A stretch of 64,000 bases of DNA from Eledone cirrhosa (lineage: Eukaryota): the NCBI GenBank assembly GCA_964016885.1, contig OZ024742.1:359476001-359540000 (forward strand), given 5' to 3'. The translations under genes and the position numbers were made by a program. Positions 26,071-40,239 of this stretch are shown one piece after another; the stretch's first letter is position 1; each line of letters begins with the position of its first letter. The notes beneath the pieces are model-generated. The model saw only the letters and a list, made by a program, of their open reading frames with translations. It was not told the origin of the DNA and did not search any database.

Positions 26071-26768
26071 GTGAGGGTTTTTTTACAAATTGAAAAATAA
26101 CCGAGGTGTCCTACACGAGTGAAAGTATAAAGAAAAAGAGATGAAATCGAAAATGCAACTGGAGTCTTATTTTTGTTTTAAATATATATATTTATTTGGT
26201 TTCTTTACCGGTTACGCAGTTCTTCTGCTTTTCAAAAGGTGAGTTGAGATGGAGGGTCTGTGGTTTTTCTCACATCTGGTTGGTCTCTGAATGTTACTTG
26301 TTTTATATGGAAAAAGTAGCTCGAAATGCCAGGTTTTTCGAGAAGTAATTTGATTGGTTTGTCAATAATTATAATAAATTTCGCGCCAGTTCGCGTTACA
26401 ATAGTTCTTCAAATAAGAGTGGGGGTTGTCACAGGTTGTTTTTTTCATATATGACAAGCCCCCCCCCCCCCCCCCCCCTCTTATTTGAAGAACTATTGTA
26501 ACGCGAACTGGCGCGAAATTTATTATAATTATTGACAAACCAATCAAATTACTTCTCGAAAAACCTGGCATTTCGAGCCACTTTTTCCATATAAAACAAG
26601 TAACATTCAGAGACCAACCAGATGTGAGAAAAACCACAGACCCTCCATCTCAACTCACCTTTTGAAAAGCAGAAGAACTGCGAAACTGGTAAAGGAACCA
26701 AATAAATATATATATTTTTTAAAAAAATAAGACTCCAGTTGCATTTTCGATTTCATCTCTTTTTCTAT
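26064..26768. mobile_element. Fold-back pLTR insertion in (TA)n (about 300-bp arms, about 62-nt tail) with minimal U3:A8 HHRs
   Basis: Arms 26126-26425 and 26474-26768; HHRs at 26202-26239(-) and 26658-26695(+). Confidence 0.88.
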
Positions 26769-26842
26769 ATATATATATATATATATTTCGTTATATATGT
26801 ATGTATGTATGATTCTATGGACTTACTATATATATATATATG

Positions 26843-26960
26843 AACCGTAGAGCAAATATTTATTAAAATAACAGATTAAAGTTTAATCTGTTATTTTAAT
26901 AAATATTTACACTTCGGTTCTTATATATTTTATATATATTTATCCTTATCGAGCCCTCTT
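26843..26960. mobile_element. Short fold-back of another pLTR terminus
   Basis: Palindrome centred at 26881; pieces recur at 14095-14150, 14371-14390 and 14435-14458. Confidence 0.65.
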
Positions 26961-26982
26961 TGGATTTTTGTCTTCAAATTTA

Positions 26983-27031
<49 letters not shown>

Positions 27032-27032
27032 A

Positions 27033-27103
<71 letters not shown>

Positions 27104-27104
27104 A

Positions 27105-27189
<85 letters not shown>

Positions 27190-27199
27190 GGTGAGAGAG

Positions 27200-27230
<31 letters not shown>

Positions 27231-27724
27231 TAAACAAGAGATACAATAGTATAAAGTCGTATTAGTTTCGAACTTGTTGGAAAAGAAATATGAATGTTTT
27301 AACTTATCGGACGTTGTCCTTCCTTAGGAAAGGGCACAGAGAAAGAGGGAGTTGGAAGGCTGGAAATATTTTTTATCGGGGTGTGTGGTAAGAGCAGTCA
27401 AGTTGTGGGGCGTGCGAGGGTAGTGGCCGATGCGATGAGATCGGGTCTATAATTGCTTTTGTTATGTATATGTAGAGGGAGTGCATTTCATGTGTGTGTG
27501 TGTGTCGTTGATGTTGTGTTTTCCTTTGTATGTTTGTACGGGTTTTGTGTATCGTCAATGAATGTGTGTGTGTGTACGCATGTCGCGTTAAGTTTGTGTG
27601 TGGTTATGGACCTTATCAGTGTGTGTGTGTTTCAATGAGTTTATGTGATTATTGGTGAGTGTATGAGAGTGCCTTCATGCGTGCGTTTGTATGCAAGCAT
27701 ATATGACCCTCTCTCTCTCTCTCC

Positions 27725-27788
<64 letters not shown>

Positions 27789-27805
27789 ATATATACCAAA
27801 TGAAA

Positions 27806-27843
<38 letters not shown>

Positions 27844-27911
27844 GTTATTCCGGGTTGAATCGGAGGTATATATATATATATATATCCAGAGCCTGTGTTT
27901 CCAAAGTATAG

Positions 27912-28050
27912 TTCTTCTTCTTCTTCTTCTTCTTCTTCTTCTTCTTCTTCTTCTTCTTCTTCTTCTTCTTCTTCTTCTTCTTCTTCTTCTTCTTCGCCCA
28001 CTTATTCCTGGAAGGTAGTGAGGGCAGAATTCTCAAATACTACATCCATG
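27912..28050 (-). mobile_element. 3' end of an RTE-clade element with (GAA)n tail
   Basis: cgcccacttattcc..ggcagaattctcaaatactac matches the family at 43768 and 20533. Confidence 0.6.
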
Positions 28051-28576
28051 ATTCCTGACCATATGTAGAGGTTGACACGAATACCGAATTGAAAATAGCG
28101 AGTTTCGCTATCGTAGATACCTTCCTTCATCTGATTACGGTATTCTGAAGCTGGCGTATTTCTGAACCAGCTCCTGTAAAGATACATTAATAAATATAGA
28201 GTAGTATAATGTTAAAGGGTTAATATGGCACCGGTCATAACTTGTCACACTCAATATTGATATATAAATATCGTTTAATTTTATTTGCATATTTATTTAG
28301 AAATTTATTTTCAATTTTAACGGTCTGCTAAACAAGTGTCTCTATTATTGGAATATAACATTGAGTAGTTACCTCCCCTTAAACTGTCACCTGCAACCCG
28401 ACCGCCCTCACTTTATGTGATTTCACATCATATCCTTCCATCCAAAGCGAATATCTAAAAATATGTTTACAAACGGAACTTTCTCATACAAAGACGAGGT
28501 CAGGATTCACGTTTAATTTACCATAAGCCTAATAATAATAATAGTAATGATAATAAAAATAATAATAAGAAAAATG

Positions 28577-28623
<47 letters not shown>

Positions 28624-29023
28624 TAGGTTCACCAACTGAAAATTCATGTAATACTAAATGAACAAGTGAAGTGATATGGGTAAAGACAGTGCTGCGTTAT
28701 TTCAAGATTTAATATTACGTTCTTTTGCATTTTGAGTTCAATTCTACCGAGATTGAATCTGGGAGGGTAAAATAAGAAAATGGTAGTCCCGTAGATTCTA
28801 TTCGACTATAGTGTAGCCATTCACACAAAAACACGCACTCACACGTTCTAATGGAATCCTGGCATGCTTTTCCCATAAACGTTATTTCTGCGGTTTATAA
28901 ACCCTGGTGGAGCCAATTCCTCACCATGTCAGAAGACGGTTAAATTCTTCCAGAATGAAAGAATCAACCTCTTCTCTGGACTGTATATTTCTTTATAGAT
29001 ACTTGAAGGGATTACTTACCATC

Positions 29024-30179
29024 TTACTTGGAACTTACTGTCCAGAGCTAACTCTTACACGGGAGGACGCCGTCCGTGTAACTTATGCTCGGAGGAAACA
29101 TTACAAATGCTGTTTACGAAGGATCAACTCCTAAACAAAAAAGACGAACTGGTAACTGCATGCAAATACAGATTGCGGAAGACTTACCTCGCCTTCAAAC
29201 CCCCTAACGATCCGGGTGGGTAGACTAGGGCTGAAACACCCCACTTGCCGAATAAGATAGGTTAAACCCCTTCTGATATAGGTAGATGTACCTCTTTTCT
29301 TTTCATCCATGTTTTCTTCTTCCCTTTGTCTCCCCCTATCACTTCTTTCCACCACCGAACTTCTTCCTCGTTTGTTTTTTGTTTTGTTTTCCCTTTCGCC
29401 TACCCCGAGGCAGCCCATCGGGCCTCTTTAGTCTCAGTACCCCCACCCCAGTAACTTACAGATAGCATTCGCCGATACGCTATACTAACTATTCATAGCA
29501 GCTGTGTTAGACCCCAGATATGTGGTATTAATTTTTAATTCTAAATTTTTCAATTATTCTCATCTAGCAACTCATTCTGTGGATTTGGCCGAAATATAGC
29601 AGCTGTGTTAGACTCCTTATTTCACTTCTCACTTTCCAATCTTACTTTCTGTTACATCTTTCTCTCATTTCTTATTATATTCTTTTTTACTATATTTTTT
29701 CTTTGTCCCCTAATCGCATTTGATTTACTATTTCTATAACATCCCTCCTCCACTTTCTAAAGATACCATTTTTCGCCAACCTCCTCTGGCCTACTTTCAT
29801 ACACATTCTTTTGAATTTGCCGTGTAGATTTCACCTTCTACGCTTGACCGGATCTACCCACTCCCCTATCGTTCTACAGGCAAGTTCAGCCATCCCCATC
29901 CGGCACCCACTGCCATGATAGACTTTTCTGTGTACGCTACAAATTTTTACCAATCCCCTTGACAACTACAATCATTTCATATAAGGAAGTACCCTTGAAA
30001 AGTTCGGCTATTTATTTACCAGACTAAAAAAACTCTTACTTTAGTCCAGAAATAGCCGTCGAAACGGCTTGAGCTCTGCCGTCGGGGTCATACTTTCTCC
30101 TATTACCCACTCTACTACCCTAAGTATTGAGTACTCTGGTACGTTATGGTCTATCTGGTTCCTTACAACAACTCTTCCG

Positions 30180-30181
<2 letters not shown>
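29024..30181 (+). mobile_element. 5'-truncated diverged copy of PLE family A, ending at the distal 3' end
   Basis: Colinear with 17640-18625 plus the tail 15530-15610; ends ...ccgt|TATATA. Confidence 0.9.
29991..30088 (+). ncRNA. Type I hammerhead ribozyme, U3:A8 variant (core TTGAAAA)
   Basis: As 15421-15514 but with N7 = A and inner helix gactaaa/tttagtc. Confidence 0.78.
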
Positions 30182-30232
<51 letters not shown>

Positions 30233-30267
30233 TACAAGTATTAATAAAATAGATGTTCTTTTGATCA

Positions 30268-30330
30268 ATTACATTTTATTATACATATTTCGGATGTACA
30301 ACAGTACGTCCTCATCAGACAAAATATAAT
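30268..30330 (-). ncRNA. Type I hammerhead ribozyme
   Basis: attatattttgt CTGATGA ggacgtac tgtt gtacatcc GAAA tatgta TA ataaaatgtaat. Confidence 0.9.
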
Positions 30331-31951
30331 GATACATAACATACCCTGAGATGTTAAATGGTTAAGTTTTAATCAAAGTAGTGATTAACCTAAGAGAAAG
30401 ATTAACATTTATACCCTAATAATGAGAAAATGCGAAAACGTAATAAATTCATTAGAGAATGTGTGAGTAAGAAAAACGTTGCTTAATGTAACAGTTATAG
30501 AGATTTTAAAATGTATGATACTACAATTTATCTGGGAAAACAGTCAATGAAAGCCACTGGAATAGGATATATAGAGAGGGTAAGATAAGGGGTAATATAT
30601 GTAGAAGGAGATTTTCCGAAAGTTAAACGGTTACGTTTGAAAATATTTAATTTATGCTATTTTAGGGTGAAGAATCAAGATTTTAGTTTTTTTTTTAAAT
30701 TGCTGGTTATTTATATTTATAAGTTTTGTAAATTCTATAAGTGTTTTAACATTTCTAAATTTCGGAATTTTATGAGGATAACATTTAAAGGATTTAGCTG
30801 GCCAGCGGAAAGGAAAGTTTACACTGTTGAATATTTTCCTAAATGTAAACTTTACCGAAGATAATCATTGTCAACATATATGATATGTAAATCTTATAAA
30901 GTACTTATTGTTAGAAATATTTAAATAACGATTATGTTTATAGATATATATTAATGAACCAGTATATTTTAGGAAAATGATAACGAAAATAAAAATAAAA
31001 TAATAGATTGAGGCATGCTAAAGTTAAATATATACCTATATATAACAGGGTGTAAATGCATTAATTATTCATAGTTCGAAATAAATAATAATCAAGAAAT
31101 TTAGAAGTTAACTAAAAATTATTTATATCCATATATACCTCCCTGTATCTTTCTATACATAATTTTTAGTTAACTTCTAAATTTCTTGATTATTATTTAT
31201 TTCGAACTATGAATAATTAATGCATTTACACCCTGTTATATATAGGTATATATTTAACTTTAGCATGCCTCATTCTATTATTTTATTTTTATTTTCGTTA
31301 TCATTTTCTTAAAATATACTGGCTCATTAATATATATCTATAAACATAATCGTTATTTAAATATTTCTAACAATAAGTACTTCATAAGATGTACATATCA
31401 TATATGTTGACAATGATTATCTTCGATAAAGTTTACATTTTGGAAAATATTCAACAGTGTAAACTTTCCTTTCCGCTGGCCAGCTAAATCCTTTAAATGT
31501 TATCCTCATAAAATTCCGAAATTTAGAAATGTCAAAACACTTATAGAATTTACAGAACTAATAAATATAAATAACCAGCAATTTAAAAAAAAAAACTAAA
31601 ATCTTGATTCTTCACCCTAAAATAGCATAAATTAAATATTTTCAAACTTAACCTTTTAACTTTCGGAAAATCTCCTTCTACATATATTACCCCTTATCTT
31701 ACCCTCTGTATATATCCTATTCCAGTGGCTCTCATTGACTGTTTTCCCAGATAAATTGTAGTATCATACATTTTAAAATCTCTATAACTGTTACATTAAG
31801 CAACGTTTTTCTTACTCACACATTCTCTATTGAATTTATTACGTTTTCGCATTTTCTCATTATTAGGGTATAAATGTTAAACTTTCTCTTAGGTTAATCA
31901 CTACCTTGATTAAATCTTAACCATTTAACATCTCAGGGTATATCATGTATC

Positions 31952-32014
31952 ATTATATTTTGTCTGATGAGGACGTACTGTTGTATATCCGAAATATGTA
32001 TAATAAAATGTAAT
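31952..32014 (+). ncRNA. Type I hammerhead ribozyme (mirror copy of 30268-30330)
   Basis: 12-bp stem I with two G-U pairs; CTGATGA at 31964; GAAA at 31991. Confidence 0.9.
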
Positions 32015-32150
32015 TGATCAAAAGAACATCTATTTTATTAATATTTGTATTTTAATATTAATAACCCTGGAAAATTATTTTGACTGTAGAGTGCTTCCAA
32101 TCTACTGTAAAACTCATTCTTTGATATACTCATTGAATCTTGTTTAACTC

Positions 32151-32252
<102 letters not shown>

Positions 32253-32349
32253 TAGAAATAGAAGGTTTCGCCGTATTTTTTTTACTAAAGAAAATGTACC
32301 ATGTTATGTGGATTAGAATCCTCTAAATGGACACATGAGTTTTGACGTG

Positions 32350-32403
<54 letters not shown>

Positions 32404-32529
32404 GTGAGGTTTTTTTTACAAATTGAAAAATAACCGAGGTGTCCTACACGAGTGAAAGTATAAAGAAAAAGAGATGAAATCGAAAATGAAACTGGAGTCT
32501 TATTTTTTTTTTTTTATATTTATTTGGTT

Positions 32530-32567
32530 CCTTTACCGGTTTCGCAGTTCTTCTGCTTTTCAAAAGG
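32530..32567 (-). ncRNA. Minimal type I hammerhead, intact U3:A8 variant (within pLTR fragment 32397-32603)
   Basis: cctt TTGAAAA gcag aagaa ctgc GAAA ccgg TA aagg. Confidence 0.8.
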
Positions 32568-32602
32568 TGAGTTGAGATGGAGGGTCTGTGGTTTTTCTCA
32601 CA

Positions 32603-32651
<49 letters not shown>

Positions 32652-32655
<4 letters not shown>

Positions 32656-33330
32656 GCAATACAGTTCGTCTCCGTTGATTTATTATTTTAAATCGATATG
32701 GACAAACTGTAGTATAATAATTAGTTTTACTTCAATCTGGCTAATTTTTTCTTTTGCAATATATATACAGATGTGTTGGTATCTGTGTTTCATCACTTAC
32801 ATATTAATTTATACACTGCTCAGGGGATATTTTTTCCTCATTCGAGCTGATTCCATTGTAAAAGAATTCATTACCTTATTAATTTTAACTGCTCCTAGTT
32901 TGAGCTGCAAACCGTCCCATATATACGACTGTTATTTCTAGCTGTACGGTTATGAGACTAGTTAGATACTGTAAAGCCATGTGCGCCACGCAGTCTTTTA
33001 AATTATTTAGAAGTGAAGCATATCAATTTGTCTCTGGATGTTTACTGAGGAGATCGGGACATGATATTCCTACACTTTTTTAACTCGAAACATATTTGGA
33101 TCTTAAAGTCTAAACTTATCTACGGAACAGGTTTGATTTTGAAATTTAAATGTGTCTAAACATCACGGCCTTTTGGCAATACAGTTCGTCTCCGTTGATT
33201 TATTATTTTAAATCGATATGGACAAACTATAGTATAATAATTAGTATACTTCAATCTGGCTAAATTTTTCTTTTGCAATATATATACAGATGTGTTGGTA
33301 TCTGTGTTTCATCACTTACATATTAATTTA

Positions 33331-33335
<5 letters not shown>
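32652..33335 (+). mobile_element. Non-coding retrozyme-like element: about 520-nt unit, about 160-bp terminal redundancy, one HHR, in (TA)n
   Basis: 32652-32811 is repeated at 33172-33330. Confidence 0.8.
33037..33164 (+). ncRNA. Type I hammerhead ribozyme with about 65-nt stem III hairpin
   Basis: gatgttta CTGAGGA ga...tc GAAA catattt...aaatgtg TC taaacatc; inner helices ttaaagtc/gattttga and aaactt/aggttt. Confidence 0.82.
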
Positions 33336-33373
<38 letters not shown>

Positions 33374-33411
33374 AAGGAAAAGCGAAGTAGTTTCAGATGT
33401 TCAAGTCCTTT

Positions 33412-33595
33412 AATAATAATTGTTTCTACTTTAGGCACAAGGCCAGCAATTACCAGTGCATTACTGGTACTTTATTTTATCGACCCCGTAAGGATGAAAG
33501 GCAAAGTCAACCTCGGCGGGATTTGAACTCAGATCGTAAAGGGACGTAACTATGCTGGAAAGCATGGCGTCCGACCCTCTACCGATACTGCCAAT
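33412..33595 (-). mobile_element. SINE family 1 inserted in the left arm only
   Basis: Absent from the mirror position near 35957. Confidence 0.9.
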
Positions 33596-33668
33596 CTGTG
33601 ATATATATTTCAGTGACGACACTGGCCACACTGTTCTGTGTGCGAGTGTCGTGTCATCATCAGACAGC
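33596..33668 (-). ncRNA. Type I hammerhead ribozyme (mirror copy at 35884-35957(+) has CTGGTGA)
   Basis: gctgt CTGATGA tgacacgacact...agtgtcgtcact GAAA tatata TC acag. Confidence 0.85.
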
Positions 33669-36080
33669 TTGTTACATAATAAGGTTATGTTTCCGAGGCA
33701 ATCCAAATTGGATCGACAAGGGAACGGATGAATTGCGTGTTCTTGGGTTTTTTCATCCGCTCCCTTGTGAGTACCAATTCACCCCCACCGGCCTGCGCAA
33801 GCGCATGTCCGAAGGAAGTTGACCATTCTCCACCGCAGACTTCAACGAAATTTGCTTAGTCAGTTCACCCTGTCATCCAAAACAATGGTCCACCAATGCC
33901 TGTACCATATTTTACTGCTACCCATCACGGCTGTGGCAGTCAGCCGAGAGCCAGAGGGGATGGGAGAGTGTTAGTTTTTACAGGTCATAATACTAGCCCT
34001 CACTAAGCGTTGACGGTACGACTGACCATCACCTTATGAGGGAAAATAAACTTATTCTAGGTATCATGGTTTTACGTTGGAAGTTAAGAGTGAGAGTTGG
34101 AAATAAAAATTAAAATCCTAAATCAAATATCAGAAATTATAAATTCAACAATTAAGAAATTAACAATTAGAAATTAAAGAATTAAAAAAAGAATTAAAAA
34201 AATTCTTTTCAGGTGATAATTCGGATTGAGGTGAGTAAAAATATAGACTGAAGTGAGTAAATAATATGGAGAGAGGTGTTTAAGTAATATGTTCTGAGAG
34301 GGATTCTAGTGTCACAGTTACTCTATCCACATATTGTACGACGGTGTCGTACATTATAACTACAGGGCTCCAGGCATTAGTGAATCTGCTACACAGTCCT
34401 TATTTCCATCACATGGAACAAAATCAAAGAAAAACAGACATAAATTACACAAAAGAAAAGAACAGAACCAACAGTGAATAAATGCAAAAACACAGAGTAC
34501 ACATATGATCCATATGATTGTCCATCTGTCCATATATAGGTTGAATTGAGGGGGCCTCTGTTCAAGTGCGATTTGTTGCAGGAAAATAGGGGTTTATACT
34601 ATTATTTCTTTCCGCGTATTTATCCAGCCGAAAGTTATTATTATGTCCGTCCAGTGTAAGGGGTTTCCATCCCCATGGTAGCGGGAATTTCCGGGGTAGC
34701 TTATGGTTGGTTCCTCTCTTCTCCACCATATCGGTTACATCGTAAAGCGCTCAACTATTGGAGCTAAATTATTAGGGTAAACATTGATGCAATTCAATTC
34801 AAGCACTCAACGTACTTACCGATATGGTGGAGAAGAGAGGAACCAACCATAAGCTACCCCGGAAATTCCCTCTACCATGGGGATGGAAACTCCTTACACT
34901 GGACGGACATAATAATAACTTTCGGCAGGATAAATACGCGGAAACAAATAATAGGATAAACCCCTATTTTCCTGCACCAAATCGCACTTGAACAGAGGCC
35001 CCCTCAATTCAACCTATATATGGACAGATGGACAATCATATGGATCATATGTGTACTCTGTGTTTTTGCATTTATTCACTGTTGGTTCTGTTCTTTTCTT
35101 TTGTGTAATTTATGTCTGTTTTTCTTTGATTTTGTTCCATGTGATGGAAATAAGGACTGTGTAGCAGATTCACTAATGCCTGGAGCCCTGTAGTTATAAT
35201 GTACGACACCGCCGTACAATATGTGGACAGAGTAACTGTGACACTAGAATCCCTCTCAGAACATATTACTTAAACACCTCTCTCCATATTATTTACTCAC
35301 TTCAGTCTATATTTTTACTCACCTCAATCCGAATTATCACCTGAAAAGAATTTTTTTAATTCTTTTTTTAATTCTTTAATTTCTAATTGTTAATTTCTTA
35401 ATTGTTGAATTTATAATTTCTGATATTTGATTTAGGATTTTAATTTTTATTTCCAACTCTCACTCTTAACTTCCAACGTAAAACCATGATACCTAGAATA
35501 AGTTTATTTTCCCTAATAAGGTGATGGTCAGTCGTACCGTCAACGCTTAGTGAGGGCTAGTATTATGACCTGTAAAAACTAACACTCTCCCATCCCCTCT
35601 GGCTCTCGGCTGACTGCCACAGCCGTGATGGGTAGCAGTAAAATATGGTACAGGCATTGGTGGGCCATTGTTTTGGATGACAGGGTGAACTGACTAAGCA
35701 AATTTCGTTGAAGTCTGCGGTGGAGAATGGTCAACTTCCTTCGAACATGCGCTTGCGCAGGCCGGTGGGGGTGAATTGGTACTCACAAGGGAGCGGATGA
35801 AAAACCCAAGAACACGCAATTCATCCGTTCCCTTGTCGATCCAATTTGGATTGCCTTGGAAACATAACCTTATTATGTAACAAGCTGTCTGGTGATGACA
35901 CGACACTCGCACACAGAACAGTGTGGCCAATGTCGTCACTGAAATATATATCACAGCATTATTATTAAAGGACTTGAACATCTGAAACTACTTCGCTTTT
36001 CCTTATTCGATATTTACTCCGTCACTCCTATGTGGAAAAAGTACGTTGAGTGCTTGAATTGAATTGCATCAATATTTACC

Positions 36081-36117
<37 letters not shown>

Positions 36118-36193
36118 ACCTGTTATTTTTATTTAAAGATTTTCTCCGATTCCAACACGCCCGTCCCCTCAATCTATCTTATTTCTCATTCTT

Positions 36194-36229
36194 TCTTCTG
36201 ATTAACGACTAGCGTCCGAAACGTTAAGA
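36194..36229 (+). ncRNA. Degenerate minimal hammerhead
   Basis: tctt CTGATTA ac gac tagc gtc c GAAA cg TT aaga. Confidence 0.55.
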
Positions 36230-36435
36230 CCCTCTTCCTGCTATATGAAGCGTTAACCTAATATATCCCTTAAATATACTGTACCGATTGTGTTGTTATT
36301 TCTGTTTACCTTTTACACACACACATATATATGAGGGCGGTGGACGCAGCTACAAGCTGATAAAATACCGGCCATCCTCTTGCCTCTGATTTAAACACTA
36401 ACGTTTTTATCTGCTATATTCCTTCGTTATATTTT

Positions 36436-36500
36436 GAATTATCTGATGATGTCACCGGATTCATACTGAACGCGGTCATTGAAATGAACATAGTATAACA
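36436..36500 (+). ncRNA. Probable hammerhead with weak stem I
   Basis: CTGATGA tgtcaccg..cggtcatt GAAA tgaaca TA. Confidence 0.5.
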
Positions 36501-36556
36501 AATCTTTCAAGGATTTACACCAGAACATGCCTCCTGTTATATATATATATATTTTG

Positions 36557-36636
<80 letters not shown>

Positions 36637-36639
<3 letters not shown>

Positions 36640-36775
36640 GACAGAACCAGTTTCAAACTAGTTACACCATTACTCAACATAGTATTCGATACTTGGGAGA
36701 GTAGAGTATGACTATATTAGAAAACGTCGAGGCCCGATGGATGAGCTCTTGCTGTTTCAACAGCTAGTTCCAGAT
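36637..36775 (-). mobile_element. Diverged relative of the family-A pLTR terminus
   Basis: agtattcgatacttgggagagtagag...gagctcttgctgtttcaacagcta aligns to the family-A long arm. Confidence 0.6.
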
Positions 36776-37210
36776 TATATATTGTGTGTGTGTGTTGTGT
36801 GTGTGTGTGTGCGTGAGTGAGCACGTGTGTATGCATGCGTGTGTGGTGTGTGTTTACGTGTGACTCGATGTATATATATATATATATGTATATTAATATC
36901 TGTCCTGTTGAAACACCCACACAATATTTAAATGATAAGAAAGAATTTAGTGAAGGCAAGCATCGTGCCTTCCTACAGATAACTTGGTCTCAGATCGATA
37001 ATTGTTCATTTTTCAATAAATATTTCTAAATATCTTTTCCAGCTAGGTTTTCAATATTGATTACTAAACATAGAATATAGGGGAAATCTGAGAAGAAGCA
37101 AAAGACCAATTCCAAAAATGATACCCAATGACAATATATGTACATATCAGCTTTCAATATTGAATATTTCATAAAACTTGTTACAAATATATTCATTGAA
37201 GTAAATTTAT

Positions 37211-38360
37211 ATATAAATATTTCGTTTCTGAATTTGTTTAGCAAGATTCTTTATCTGAAATCGTGTGTTGAAACCGATATTGTTATACTTTGGGAGGGTC
37301 ATGTTGCCAATAAGAAACACACGCACCAGTTGCTTTCACTTCAATTTATTATATATTTATAAATTTATAAATTTACAAATTTACAAACTTATAAATTTCT
37401 GGTTGGTTGGTTGGTTCCACAACCAGATAGTTGTTTATATATAGTCATAGTCCTTTCGTCACACACTCTGTGACCTCTTCAGTGACTGGGGATTCCTTTC
37501 TTTGTTTCTGTGCCTTTCCTTTCTTCTATCCTACGCCATTTTGTTTCTGTGTGTGTGTTGTGTGCTCAGTTTGCGCATGCGCCACATCCGGGTGTCTGTG
37601 TGTGTTTGTGTTCATTTATTTATTTTTTTATTTATTTATTTATTTATTGTTGGTTGGTTGTTTGTTCTATGTGTGTGTGTGTTTTCATTTTGTCCTGTGT
37701 GTGTTTTCATTTTGTCCTTAATTGTAAGTTGTTTGTTCTATGTGTGTGTGTGTTTTCATTTTGTCCTGTGTGTGTTTTCATTTTGTCCTTAATTGTAAGT
37801 TGTTTGTTCTATGTGTGTGTGTGTTTTCATTTTGTCCTGTGTGTGTTTTCATTTTGTCCTTAATTGTAAGTTGTGATGTTGCTGTTCCACTCATATTTTC
37901 TATTTAATTTTAGTTTTAATTCTTTTATGCTTACTGCCTCTGTAATTTGCCTAAACATTGCGTCTTTTCTGTGTGTGGATTCTATTTTTATTTCTATGTT
38001 CTCTAATCTACCCCTGTGTTCTATCTTAGCATGTTGGTAGAGCACAGATGATTCTTTATTATCTTGGAGGTCTCCCCAGTGTTCATTTATTCGTTCCCCT
38101 ATACTACGAGCTGTCTCACCTATGTACACTATATTTTTGTTTCTACATTGTCCTTCAGTACATCTTATGCTATACACTACATTTCTAGTTTTACAGTTAA
38201 TATGGGGGCTTATTTTACAGGTTATACATTTCTTATCTATACATGAGGGCCTTTGGAACGGGTATGTCTTGCTAATAAGTAATATATAATAAATTGAAGT
38301 GAAAGCAACTGGTGCGTGTGTTTCTTATTGGCAACATGTCCCTCCCAAAGTATAACAATA
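37211..38360 (-). mobile_element. 5'-truncated PLE family B (GIY-YIG end + pLTR) with a short inverted pLTR at 38285-38360
   Basis: ORF 37860..38177(-): IVYIGETARSIGERINEH...RQITEA..LNRK; about 71-bp x3 tandem repeat at 37657-37870. Confidence 0.85.
37443..37487 (-). ncRNA. Type I hammerhead ribozyme
   Basis: agtca CTGAAGA g gtcaca gagtg tgtgac GAAA ggac TA tgact. Confidence 0.85.
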
Positions 38361-38380
38361 TATATAAATATATTTCAGTT

Positions 38381-38437
<57 letters not shown>

Positions 38438-38441
38438 TATA

Positions 38442-38574
<133 letters not shown>

Positions 38575-38604
38575 TATATACATATACATATATGTATATA
38601 TATG

Positions 38605-39164
<560 letters not shown>

Positions 39165-39572
39165 GATATTAAACAAATGGAAACTATATTTATAAAACCA
39201 TATTTATTTCATTATATATGTATATATATAATGTTATCGAAATTCAGCACAATTGCAAATAATAGATAACATGAGTACTGAATGTCTGTCACCAGGTTTT
39301 TGTCATTGAACCGTGGCCATGGTGGTCATCGAACTGTGGCTATGGTGTTTATTGAACTCTTAATCAATTAGATCGATCCTACTTTTCAGCTGGTTCAGGA
39401 TTATGGTGAGATGAGGGAGTTCAAAGTGGAATTAAGTCAAGTTTAAAAGAACTTAAACTTCTCTTATTCGGCTCATTAGCTATTCTACTAACAAGGCCGC
39501 TACATAGATATACGTATATCTATGTATACCTGTCGAGATATATATATATATAATACACACGCACATATGTCT

Positions 39573-39616
<44 letters not shown>

Positions 39617-40239
39617 ATATATATATATGTATATATGTATATATATATGTGTGTGTGTGTGTGCGTGTATGTATGTATACACACACATATACGTACGTTA
39701 AAAATTGGTTAAACATATAGAAAAAGGAAGCAGTATTAGAAAGGACTATAAATGCCATAAATGAGAGAAAAGGGAAGGGAAGAGCAAGGATTACTAGAAC
39801 AAAAGAAGAAAGAAAGAGGGAAGGGTAGAGGGGGACAAGACCTACACCTGGGTCTGAGCGGTGTTTTGGTTGCGCCTTGCGGACAAAATGACAAGGCATA
39901 TATACTCAGTGTGTTGTTATTTTCTCAATAAAACCTCAGTAGAGACATTAAAGTAAGTAACGATTTTTTCTGATCTTGTTTGCTATTTCCAGATATGATT
40001 ATATTAGACTCTGAATAGATTGATCTTTGTTAATTATTTCATTGAGCAAAACTTGGTATTGGTCGGACGTCGTTATATGTATCTATACTTGTGTAAAGTT
40101 ATATATTTTTCTTCATTTAATTTGTAATACCCTCCCCTGTGGTAGAGTCAAATTTTGGCCGAATCGAACTGCTTTTTCTAGCAGCAGATACCTGCCAGTG
40201 TCCACCTTACCACCCTCCTATTGATAGCCAATCACGTAG

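Larger units (their letters stand above)
33370..36084. mobile_element. Large fold-back PLE-type insertion (about 1.2-kb arms, about 75-nt tail) in (TA)n
   Basis: 33370-34735 (minus the SINE) is the reverse complement of 34818-36008. Confidence 0.92.

Noticed and set aside
27298-27330. Minus-strand CTAAGGA-aggac/gtcc-GATA hammerhead-like relic
   Set aside because: Two core mismatches and no stem I; too degenerate to call.
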